Below are positions 18,109-26,952 of a stretch of 37,369 nt of DNA, piece after piece. This stretch comes from an uncultured Christensenella sp. (GTDB lineage: Bacteria; Bacillota; Clostridia; Christensenellales; UBA1242), in the NCBI GenBank assembly GCA_964411325.1, contig CAYPKM010000003.1, positions 1 to 37,369 of the forward strand. Reading direction: 5' to 3'. The translations under genes and the position numbers were made by a program. The number at the start of each line of letters is the position of its first letter. Within the stretch, counting starts at the first letter, position 1. Under the pieces are notes generated by a model. It did no database searches. It was not told the DNA's origin and saw only the letters and a program-made list of their open reading frames with translations.

Positions 18109-19308
18109 TTATCTAAGTGTCGATTTTACCCCTTTTATATTTCTCCCAATCAAGTCGCTGGTACTTCTTTTCACTATTGGGGTTTGAATATGTTTTTCTA
18201 CAAGTTTTTTTTCAAAAATTCCTCTTGTCCTTACTTGTTCTAAATCAAAATTTTTGGACAAAATTTGTTTCTTTATTTCATTGTTTATCCAAGCATTTGT
18301 AAATACAGAATAATAGTTATCCATATGAAATTTGCTAGCAAGCACATCTCCAAATATGTCCATCACATCGCTCTGATACTTCTTGTCAACAGCAAGTAGG
18401 CTTATATCAAATTCATTCCTGTACGCACCACCAATTGTGTACATATTCTTTGAATTAATAACACTTCCTCTAGTGGTTTGCAAAGCCAAAGATGTATTGG
18501 CAGTTATAAGCATTACGCCGACTACATCATCGTTATTATTTAATAATATTACAAAATCATCTTTATCAAACAATTTATTAAGCATTTTCAAATAATTAAT
18601 ATAGACCTTGTCTTCTATTACCGAAGGGTGACCAGATATACTATTATCATATAGCAAATCGAATATCTGTCTGCCATATAGAGATATCTTGAGCTTTTTG
18701 CTCCCCTCTACAAATTTAAAATTATTCTTTGCAAGCAATTTATTTATATTTATTTGAGAATTGTCTATATCAAAATTATCTTTTAAAAATAATTGATATT
18801 CATATAATTTTTTTGTATTCACAAAGTCAGATGCCTTCAAAAGATTGGCATAATAATCAAAATTGTAGCGTTGTTGCAATGTTGACATTATAGGCAAAGC
18901 ATTATTTAAAACTACACCACACTCCATCAAGTCATTGAAACCCAATTCACCTACAACAACTTCTGCATCAAGAGATTTTGCCCAATCGCACACTTTATCT
19001 AACAATGCTCCAGACACACTACTATCATTTATTGCATCAAAATGCGAAAATCTGACTATCTTATCTGTCATACATTCTATCCTATTTTTGGAACACATAA
19101 TTCTACCCACCAGTCTTCCATCTTGATATGCAACCATTGCCATAGTTTCATTGGAAATCAAGCTAGGATTGTGTTTATGAGAAAACAACTTTTTTTCTCT
19201 TTTATGATAATATGGCACATATTCACTATTTTCTTTATAAAGGTTATCTGCAAACTTTATAAATTCTTTTTGTTGCTTTTTATTTTTTACAATTTTGATT
19301 TCAACCAT
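18109..19308 (-). CDS. YghO-like tandem GNAT-fold protein
   Basis: KEFIKF..LYK...YVP, HNP, VGRI, RFSHFDAIND, G.LGFND, YNFDYY pattern. Confidence 0.7.
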   Translation of the reverse strand: MVEIKIVKNKKQQKEFIKFADNLYKENSEYVPYYHKREKKLFSHKHNPSLISNETMAMVAYQDGRLVGRIMCSKNRIECMTDKIVRFSHFDAINDSSVSGALLDKVCDWAKSLDAEVVVGELGFNDLMECGVVLNNALPIMSTLQQRYNFDYYANLLKASDFVNTKKLYEYQLFLKDNFDIDNSQININKLLAKNNFKFVEGSKKLKISLYGRQIFDLLYDNSISGHPSVIEDKVYINYLKMLNKLFDKDDFVILLNNNDDVVGVMLITANTSLALQTTRGSVINSKNMYTIGGAYRNEFDISLLAVDKKYQSDVMDIFGDVLASKFHMDNYYSVFTNAWINNEIKKQILSKNFDLEQVRTRGIFEKKLVEKHIQTPIVKRSTSDLIGRNIKGVKSTLR

Positions 19309-19382
19309 TTATCCTACCCAAATATCAAATATCACACCATTATTTTACACCCAGTTGACACTTTTTGTCAATATATTGCATT

Positions 19383-19811
19383 TTAAATCCACAAAATTTG
19401 ACCCACAAACAATTTATCCGTATTCAAATTATTATTAATAAGTATATCTTTTTCATCTATTCCAAATTTATTTGCTATACACGTAAGTGTTTCTAATGGA
19501 GCTACCACATATCTTATACTGCTTGGTTTTTGCAAGATTATTATATCTCCCTCTTGAATGTTTTCATTTGCATCTGTTTTAAAACCTCTTGCAAGTATAT
19601 CTAAATAATTATCTTCTTTGCTTACCTTGTATACAAACATTGGCAAATAATTTTTGACAATTATTATATCATCTGCACCATTTTTCGTTATGACATATCT
19701 ACAACCCAAAACTTTGTCTTGTGCCACTTCAACATTTTCAATATTACATTCTGTCATCGCCTTTTGGACACTATCTCCATTATTAAGCAAATAGATTTCT
19801 CTCATATTCAC
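19383..19811 (-). CDS. LysM peptidoglycan-binding domain protein
   Basis: C-terminal YVVAPLETLTCIANKFGI...NNL...LFVGQILWI; a degenerate LysM precedes it. Confidence 0.85.
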   Translation of the reverse strand: MNMREIYLLNNGDSVQKAMTECNIENVEVAQDKVLGCRYVITKNGADDIIIVKNYLPMFVYKVSKEDNYLDILARGFKTDANENIQEGDIIILQKPSSIRYVVAPLETLTCIANKFGIDEKDILINNNLNTDKLFVGQILWI

Positions 19812-19945
19812 CCTCTCATAAATTATGATAATTTGTACAATATTTTCTAAATATTCTTATCATATATATTCTATGAGATTTTTTATTATTTAAGAACTCA
19901 ACTTATAATATTTAAGAAATAATCATAGTTAAATTGAATTTTTTA

Positions 19946-19974
19946 GAATAACATCAAATTTGCAAAAATATAAT
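19946..19974 (+). promoter_or_regulatory. Possible SigE-type promoter of the spoVB-like gene
   Basis: GAATAAC-14 bp-AATATAAT. Confidence 0.45.
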
Positions 19975-20055
19975 TATCTTATACTACACTTTGTTTGAAA
20001 ACAAAATAAAAAATATTAGTATTGGAGGTCTATCATCAAAAAAATAATCAAAGCA

Positions 20056-21543
20056 ATGCTTATGCTTTCAATATTTAGTATTCTTACTAGATGTCTAGGT
20101 TTTATATTTAAAATATATTTAACGAAAATTATGACCACAACCGAGCTTGGCATATACAATCTTACATTATCTGTCTATATGGTGCTTATTACTATAGTTG
20201 GCTCTAGCATTCCTCTAACCATTTCCAAAATCACGGCTACAAACAAAAGAAATTCTCACAATTTCGAAACAAACTATAGTGTAACAAGTTCTCTTATCTT
20301 AACTACAACTATATCCATTTTTTTGTCAATATTATTACTTATATCCAAGCCCCTTCTCAATATAATCATTGGCTCTGAGATAGGATACTTTATAATTTTA
20401 TCACTTATTCCGTCAATAATTTTTACAGCTATATATTCCCAAATTAGAGGATATTTGTGGGGACTAGAGAATTATTTTGCAGTAAGCATAGTTGAATTTG
20501 TAGAACAAATTTTGCGTATTGCTTTTTGTTTACTTTTTGGCTTGACCAATTGGTTTTCTTCTCCAATTATAGGTGTGGGCTTATCTCTAAGTATCGCGTG
20601 TGGCATTAGCACTACATACGGGATAATCTTATATTTCAAAAATGGTGGAAGATTCAAATACAAAAATGGATATTTTAAAAATATAGTCAAATCTAGCCTT
20701 CCTCTCACCCTTATGCGATTATTTGGTAGTTTACTACAACCACTAATAGCCATCATCTTGCCACTAAGATTATGTCATTTAGGTATGTCAAAAGAATTGG
20801 CACTCAGTGAACTAGGTATTGTTATGGGTATGACAATGCCATTACTATCTATCCCTTCTACAATTATTGGCGCTATGTGTATGATTCTAATTCCTAGAAT
20901 CAATGGAGCAAATAATAGCGATGAACTTATGACTCAAATAAACAATTATTTAAAATTCACTATCACTTGTACTTTTTTGTTCATTCCTATATTTATAAGT
21001 CTAAGCGGAAGTATTTGTAATTATGTCTTCGGCAATACCCTCGCTGGCACTTATATGAGGAATTGTGCCTGGATAATTATCCCCCAAGGAATCTCTCAAA
21101 TAACCAGTTCTATATTAAATGCACTAAGTGAAGAAAATACCTCGTTTGCTTATTATGTATTGAGTAGCATATTTTTGATAATTCTTATCTTTATACTCCC
21201 TTCATTTGTAGGAGTTCAAGCAATGATGATAGCTTGTGGTCTAAGTTCTATACTCCTATTAATTCTCAATTTACGCAATCTTTACAAAAAAACATCATTT
21301 AAACCACACTTACTTAAGCCTATTTTTTACCACATACTTGTCTCTATCCCGGTCATTTTGCTAAATAATTTCTGCTATAATATATTTATAAATTATACCA
21401 GCACATTCTTATCTATTGCCATAACCGGAATAATAAGTGTATTAGGATATATAAGCTTATTATTTGTTTTTGGCATAATGGATACCAAAATACTCAAAGA
21501 GTATTTGCTAAAATCTATTAAAATAAAGTCAAAAAACACTTAA
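20056..21543 (+). CDS. spoVB: SpoVB-like MOP/MurJ-superfamily flippase (true start probably ATC at 20035)
   Basis: TRCLGFIFKIYL...ELGIY, SSIPLTISK, RGYLWG, EQILRI, GMTMPL; about 14 TM segments. Confidence 0.82.
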   Translation: MLMLSIFSILTRCLGFIFKIYLTKIMTTTELGIYNLTLSVYMVLITIVGSSIPLTISKITATNKRNSHNFETNYSVTSSLILTTTISIFLSILLLISKPLLNIIIGSEIGYFIILSLIPSIIFTAIYSQIRGYLWGLENYFAVSIVEFVEQILRIAFCLLFGLTNWFSSPIIGVGLSLSIACGISTTYGIILYFKNGGRFKYKNGYFKNIVKSSLPLTLMRLFGSLLQPLIAIILPLRLCHLGMSKELALSELGIVMGMTMPLLSIPSTIIGAMCMILIPRINGANNSDELMTQINNYLKFTITCTFLFIPIFISLSGSICNYVFGNTLAGTYMRNCAWIIIPQGISQITSSILNALSEENTSFAYYVLSSIFLIILIFILPSFVGVQAMMIACGLSSILLLILNLRNLYKKTSFKPHLLKPIFYHILVSIPVILLNNFCYNIFINYTSTFLSIAITGIISVLGYISLLFVFGIMDTKILKEYLLKSIKIKSKNT

Positions 21544-21558
21544 ATTAAATTGTTAAAA

Positions 21559-21618
21559 TAAAAAAGATGATTAAATAAATAGCGAAATCGCTCACAAACT
21601 ATTTAATCATCTTATTTT
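21559..21618. terminator. Bidirectional terminator hairpin
   Basis: AAGATGATTAAATA...TATTTAATCATCTT with an inner AGCGA/TCGCT stem. Confidence 0.65.
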
Positions 21619-21981
21619 TTATTTATCAATCTTAGGAAGTATTGTCATACTAGAACAAACTAGTCCTATTGCCAAAAGAACAATCAGTGACCTAGTATCA
21701 ACATTTTCGTTGATACAAAGTAATAATACTGTAAGTGCCATTACCATTGCTACAAATCTAAAAACCAAATCTAGGATTTTGCTTATTTTTTTGTTCTTTT
21801 GTTTACCATCTATTAATGCAATTATTCTCTCTTTTTCGGCTTTTTCTAGGGTTTTTGCTTCAGTTGTAAGATTTTTGATAACATTGATATCCACGCCTAG
21901 TTTTCTCGCACAATCGTCATCTGTCAGATGATTTTCTTCTTTAAATGTTTTTACTTTCTTTATAAAATCCATTATATTCAT
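21619..21981 (-). CDS. Small protein with N-terminal Cro/C1-like HTH and two C-terminal TM helices
   Basis: IKKVKTFKEENHLTDDDCARKLGVD.NVIKNL followed by two hydrophobic segments. Confidence 0.65.
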   Translation of the reverse strand: MNIMDFIKKVKTFKEENHLTDDDCARKLGVDINVIKNLTTEAKTLEKAEKERIIALIDGKQKNKKISKILDLVFRFVAMVMALTVLLLCINENVDTRSLIVLLAIGLVCSSMTILPKIDK

Positions 21982-22068
21982 TATCCTTTATAAATAAATT
22001 ATAATTATATTCAACTCCAAATAGTTTAGCATAAAATTATAATTTTACAAACAAATATAAGAATAATA

Positions 22069-22590
22069 TTAAATGGTTTTTAATTTTTTATTCTTACACA
22101 AGAAAATTATTGTCCAAATAATCATAAAAATATCCATAGCAATAGAAAAATATGCTAGAGTAAAACAAGCAAATATTCCCCACAAAAATTTGGTTATAAT
22201 CACCACAATCTTTATAAATACAATATTATCTTGCCATACCGAAAAACACACCAATATAGATGCTATTGCAGGGAAAATATCATACCATTCACCAAAAGTA
22301 ATTATAGATATCACTATGCTTAAAAGTACAAAAAATATCAAAATGCATATATACAAAAATTTGTTATATCTCTCTTTAAATCTGTATACAATAAGCCTAA
22401 CAATAGTCACAATGCATAGATAAAATGCAACCATTTTATTGAGAAATAAATATTGAATACCAGAGCATACATTTTGAGATAGATTGTAATATATATAATT
22501 TACTCTGCTTTTTTGTAGTACACTACATATAGATATAATAAATGCCAGAAATCCAAAAATCTGTGCCAATAAAAAATATTCGTTCCACAT
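22069..22590 (-). CDS. YgjV-family inner membrane protein
   Basis: AQIFGFLAF...Q.K.R...IQYLFL...R...WYDIFPAIAS pattern. Confidence 0.75.
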   Translation of the reverse strand: MWNEYFLLAQIFGFLAFIISICSVLQKSRVNYIYYNLSQNVCSGIQYLFLNKMVAFYLCIVTIVRLIVYRFKERYNKFLYICILIFFVLLSIVISIITFGEWYDIFPAIASILVCFSVWQDNIVFIKIVVIITKFLWGIFACFTLAYFSIAMDIFMIIWTIIFLCKNKKLKTI

Positions 22591-22632
22591 ACTCCATTAT
22601 ATGAATGAATATCTATTTTGGCTAAAAACAAA

Positions 22633-23457
22633 TTAATATTCGTCCAAAAAAGAATGATTTTCTTTATTCTTTTTGTAATTAATTACTTTGTCTAAATTTA
22701 CATTACTTGCACTACTAAATATATTTTTCTCTACATTGTCATTATATTTATTAAGTTCTTTTATGAGTAATTTTGTAGCATATCTCTGAGAAGTCAAATT
22801 GTGCAAATCATCTTTTTCTATACTATCTGTAAGTTTACAAGCACATCTGATAAAATTTAAATTGCACGCTTCTTTCCACGCCAAAATATCTTTTTCTCTA
22901 ATCAAATACATAGGTCTAATAAGTTCCATATTTTCAAAGTTGTCACTATGAAGTTTTGGCATCATTGTTTGAAAAGACCCCGCATTAAGTATATTGAGGA
23001 GAATAGTCTCTATTACATCATCATAATGATGTCCAAGTGCAATTTTGTTGCAACCTCTATCTTGAGCTAGACGATATAAAGCCCCTCTCCTCATTCTTGC
23101 ACACATATAACAAGGATTGCCTTCCAATTTGTCTGTTACATCAAATATATCTGTATTTACTATCTCAGCATTTATATTTAAATACTGCAAATTGTGTTTA
23201 ATTAAGTCTAGATTTTCTTGATTGTATCCAGGATTCATTACCAAATAAATTACTTCAAATTTATATTTTGAGTGTTTATGTAATTCTTCCATAAGCTTGG
23301 CTAGCAACATACTATCCTTGCCTCCAGATATACATACACAGACTTTGTCGCCTTCTTCCAAAAGTTTGTAATCATTAATTGCTTTTGTAAATTTGGACCA
23401 TAGCCTAGACCTATAAGAAGTTATAATCAGTCTCTCTATTTCTTGATATTTTTCCAT
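22633..23457 (-). CDS. ttcA: TtcA-family PP-loop ATPase (tRNA 2-thiocytidine biosynthesis-like)
   Basis: SGGKDS, PCYMCARMRRG, ALGHHYDDVIET, LIRPM. Confidence 0.9.
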   Translation of the reverse strand: MEKYQEIERLIITSYRSRLWSKFTKAINDYKLLEEGDKVCVCISGGKDSMLLAKLMEELHKHSKYKFEVIYLVMNPGYNQENLDLIKHNLQYLNINAEIVNTDIFDVTDKLEGNPCYMCARMRRGALYRLAQDRGCNKIALGHHYDDVIETILLNILNAGSFQTMMPKLHSDNFENMELIRPMYLIREKDILAWKEACNLNFIRCACKLTDSIEKDDLHNLTSQRYATKLLIKELNKYNDNVEKNIFSSASNVNLDKVINYKKNKENHSFLDEY

Positions 23458-23673
23458 TGTTTTACCTTTCTTCTATCTTTATAAATCATATGATACCTCA
23501 AAATGTCTTTTAATTCAATCATTTTATCTAAATTTGTCTACAAATTCTCTATTGATATAGATTTATATATAGTATTTATTAATTATTTAATAATTCTTAT
23601 TTAATTTAATATATTTAATCAATTTTGTGATATAATGTTTATATTAAATATTAAAAATATAATTACAATATAT

Positions 23674-24654
23674 ATGAAAGAAAAAATCAAACAAATATTC
23701 AATTTCTTATTGAAACCCAATTTAATATTTGTCATCATTAGTTATGTCCTTTTTCTGATATCAGCGGGACTAACTATTGTTTCTTTATTGCTGACAATCA
23801 GCCAGTCTGTTATGATTATTCTATATAGCATTATGGGTATAACATTCTTTTATTGCTGTTATCTTTTCATAGTTTATACTTGCCCAAAAATCAAAATTTG
23901 GTACAAAAATTTCAAAGATAAATTATGTAAAAAAAGCAAGTTCATAAATAATCTATACACCAATGCATACTTCCGCACAATGACAGCTACTTGTTTTTCA
24001 CTTTTCTTAGGCTTTTGCTTTGTTGGATACAATGCTTTTGCAGGTATTTACTATCATTCTATCTGGAATGGAAGCATCTCTGTTTATTATATTTTTTTGG
24101 TAATAATTAGAATAATACTGCTTATAAATGAGTACAAGATACACAAATCAACTCTTGATGAAAAAGAAATATACTCCCAACGCCTCAAGATATTTCATCT
24201 AGAAGGTCAATTGCTCATCTGTGTAAATCTTGCACTCATTGCACCTATCACCCTTCTTGCCACTTCTCAAAAAATAGATAACCTGCCTTATTGGGTTGCA
24301 ATTGCCAATGCAGGATATACCTTTTACAAAGTTTCTGCTTGTATATACTCATTTGTTAAAAGTAGGAACAATCCAAATTTAACTATCAAAGGCATTAAAA
24401 ATTTAAATTTGACCAGTGCGTGTGTATCTCTTCTATCTCTAGAAAACACAATGATTATTACTTTTTCAGAAGATGCCGTCCATTCTATGCAAACTCTTAT
24501 GATTTTGTCTTCACTAGCTTGTACTATCATCTGCAATTGGATTGCTATAGCCACACTGCTATCTAGCAAAAAATTACAAAGATACAAAGAAAATATATCT
24601 CTAGAAAAAGATACTTCTGATACAAATAATACCACAATTCAAGGAGAAAAATAA
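23674..24654 (+). CDS. Polytopic membrane protein of unknown function
   Basis: About 8 TM segments; stop overlaps the next start; start uncertain (23635 or 23674). Confidence 0.78.
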   Translation: MKEKIKQIFNFLLKPNLIFVIISYVLFLISAGLTIVSLLLTISQSVMIILYSIMGITFFYCCYLFIVYTCPKIKIWYKNFKDKLCKKSKFINNLYTNAYFRTMTATCFSLFLGFCFVGYNAFAGIYYHSIWNGSISVYYIFLVIIRIILLINEYKIHKSTLDEKEIYSQRLKIFHLEGQLLICVNLALIAPITLLATSQKIDNLPYWVAIANAGYTFYKVSACIYSFVKSRNNPNLTIKGIKNLNLTSACVSLLSLENTMIITFSEDAVHSMQTLMILSSLACTIICNWIAIATLLSSKKLQRYKENISLEKDTSDTNNTTIQGEK

Positions 24655-25241
24655 TGTCTACCGAAAAAATTAATGAAAGTAATAGTAATATATCCCCCCA
24701 AAACACAATTGTAGACAATTTAAATATCGACTATCACCAATATGATACTCTAAATATATTTGCCAAAAAAGAAAAAACCGCCACAATAATCAATTGCTAC
24801 GAGAGTTTTCACTGGGAACTTGTCCATAATGACGAAAATGAAATGTATTCCGATGCCAATGCATTAATTTTTATTCGTCCACACAAAATAAAAAACAAAG
24901 ACTATCTCCAATACAATCAAATTGAAATGGAAAATATTTTGAATGATATTGGCAAATGCGAAACCAATAAACATTCCAAAAGTACTATATGGGGGCTATG
25001 CTTATCCTTAACAATTGTTTTGCTAATAATATTATCTTTGAGCCTATATTTTGATACAAAATTAAATTTCTTATTTACTTGTATTAGCATTGGGATACTG
25101 CTTATATTGGGAATAATATCAACCATTTTTATAGCAAAAGTTTACAAAAAAGAGAATAAGATTTTCGAGGCAAAGCTCATTTCCCTACACAAAAAATTAA
25201 ATACCCTATGCACACAAGTTAGGGAAAAAGGAGATGAGTAA
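24654..25241 (+). CDS. Hypothetical membrane protein with two TM helices
   Basis: AAGGAG RBS; YESFHWEL motif; two hydrophobic helices; lies in an operon with cls. Confidence 0.78.
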   Translation: MSTEKINESNSNISPQNTIVDNLNIDYHQYDTLNIFAKKEKTATIINCYESFHWELVHNDENEMYSDANALIFIRPHKIKNKDYLQYNQIEMENILNDIGKCETNKHSKSTIWGLCLSLTIVLLIILSLSLYFDTKLNFLFTCISIGILLILGIISTIFIAKVYKKENKIFEAKLISLHKKLNTLCTQVREKGDE

Positions 25242-25244
25242 ACA

Positions 25245-26810
25245 ATGAGATACAAAACCGACAACAAATTATTTACCAATCCCAATTTTGACGTAATTAA
25301 GATAAAAACCGAATCAAATTATGGTGCTTTAAAAACTATAATTGTAGCATTACTTATAGTTTTGCAATTTGTATTTTTGATACTATCTTTCTTATATCTA
25401 TATAAATTGTTTACTGGACTAATGATTTTTAGCCTAGTTATATCGATAATTTTCTGTGTTATTACATTATCTTCCAAAAGAACTGGTCAAACAAAGGCCA
25501 TATGGATACTTTTTATGCTTGTATGTTTCACTTTTGGTTGGGTAGTATTCTTGCTTTCGAACGAGAAAATTATGTTTGGCAAAAACAAAAGAAAATACAA
25601 AAAAATATTTGAAAAATCCAAACTAGATACCACTACACAGACTTTAAATCATCTTGCCAAACCTATTGCAAACGACTGTAATTACTTTGCCAAGGCTGGA
25701 GATTTCCCTATATATTCCAATGCCGATTGCACATATTTTAGCAATGGAGCTTCGCTATATGATAGTCTTTTAGAAGATTTATCCCAAGCCAAAAAATTTA
25801 TTTTTATGGAATATTTTATTATATCTGATGGCGTATTATTAAATAGAATTCTAGATGTTTTAGGCAAAAAAGCAGGCGAAGGATTGGACATTAGAATTAT
25901 TTACGACGATCTAGGGTCTCACGCCATTCTCAAAAGAAAAACCCGCAAAAAAATCAAGAAATTGGGCATAAAATTACTATCATTCAATAAACTAGTACCA
26001 ATATTCAATTTAGCATTAAATTTGCGTGACCACAGAAAAATTGTTGTAATAGACGACAAAATTGCATACACTGGCGGTGCTAATTTGTCTGACGAATACA
26101 TAAATGAAAAAAGAACTCACGGTTATTGGAAAGATAGCGGAATTAAAATTAAAGGAGAATGTGTCAATACTTTTACCCTATCTATACTTAGACAATGGGA
26201 GTTTTTAACCAAAAAAAGTGAAAATCACTCCAAATACTTGAATAAAAATGTAGATAAATGCGACAAATCCACTCAAGAAGTATGTGTCCCATATGTCACT
26301 GGACCAGACTACTCAAACAATATCGCTAGAGATACTTACGAAAATATGATAGCAAGTGCAAACGAAAAAATTTACATTATGACACCATATTTCATTCCAG
26401 ACGAGACAATGCTAAATATTCTCAAAAACAAAGCACAGAGCGGAGTTGATGTTCGCATAATTTTGCCAGAAATCCCCGACAAACGTTTTGTCTTCCTCAT
26501 ATCTCTAGATGGTGCAGAAACATTAACAGAATATGGCGTAAAATTATATTTAATGAAAAATAGCTTCGTCCATAGCAAAATAGTTCTCACCGAAAACGCT
26601 TGTGTCGTAGGCTCTATAAATATGGACCAAAGGTCTTTTTATCAGCAATTCGAAAGTGCAGTCTATACTAATTACTCCAATGTTTTGGCAAGTGTGAATG
26701 ATGACTTTTCAAATACTTTTGATAGATGCCAAATACATACAAAAAATAAAAAAGGAATAATCAAAAATATCCTAGTACATATTTTAAGATTAATCTCCCC
26801 TCTTATGTAA
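25245..26810 (+). CDS. cls: Cardiolipin synthase (PLD superfamily)
   Basis: N-terminal TMs, DHRKIVVID..AYTGGANL, TPYFIPD, HSKIVLTE..GSINMD.RS, C-terminal LISPLM. Confidence 0.93.
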   Translation: MRYKTDNKLFTNPNFDVIKIKTESNYGALKTIIVALLIVLQFVFLILSFLYLYKLFTGLMIFSLVISIIFCVITLSSKRTGQTKAIWILFMLVCFTFGWVVFLLSNEKIMFGKNKRKYKKIFEKSKLDTTTQTLNHLAKPIANDCNYFAKAGDFPIYSNADCTYFSNGASLYDSLLEDLSQAKKFIFMEYFIISDGVLLNRILDVLGKKAGEGLDIRIIYDDLGSHAILKRKTRKKIKKLGIKLLSFNKLVPIFNLALNLRDHRKIVVIDDKIAYTGGANLSDEYINEKRTHGYWKDSGIKIKGECVNTFTLSILRQWEFLTKKSENHSKYLNKNVDKCDKSTQEVCVPYVTGPDYSNNIARDTYENMIASANEKIYIMTPYFIPDETMLNILKNKAQSGVDVRIILPEIPDKRFVFLISLDGAETLTEYGVKLYLMKNSFVHSKIVLTENACVVGSINMDQRSFYQQFESAVYTNYSNVLASVNDDFSNTFDRCQIHTKNKKGIIKNILVHILRLISPLM

Positions 26811-26844
26811 AAAAGAAGATTTTAGCCTATGCTTTTTGATACTA

Positions 26845-26891
26845 AAAACAACAAATATTCCCCAGTTCAACTGGGGAATATTTGTTGTTTT
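26845..26891. terminator. 47-bp palindrome (perfect 23-bp arms) between convergent genes, probable bidirectional terminator
   Basis: AAAACAACAAATATTCCCCAGTT-c-AACTGGGGAATATTTGTTGTTTT. Confidence 0.8.
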
Positions 26892-26952
26892 GTTTGTTCA
26901 TATAATTTAAGTAGAATTTTGAGTTGATTATTAATAATTATCTAAATATTTC

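Noticed and set aside
19867-19895. Possible SigE/SigK promoter (CATAGAAT) upstream of the LysM gene
   Set aside because: The -10 is plausible but the -35 is too weak to call.
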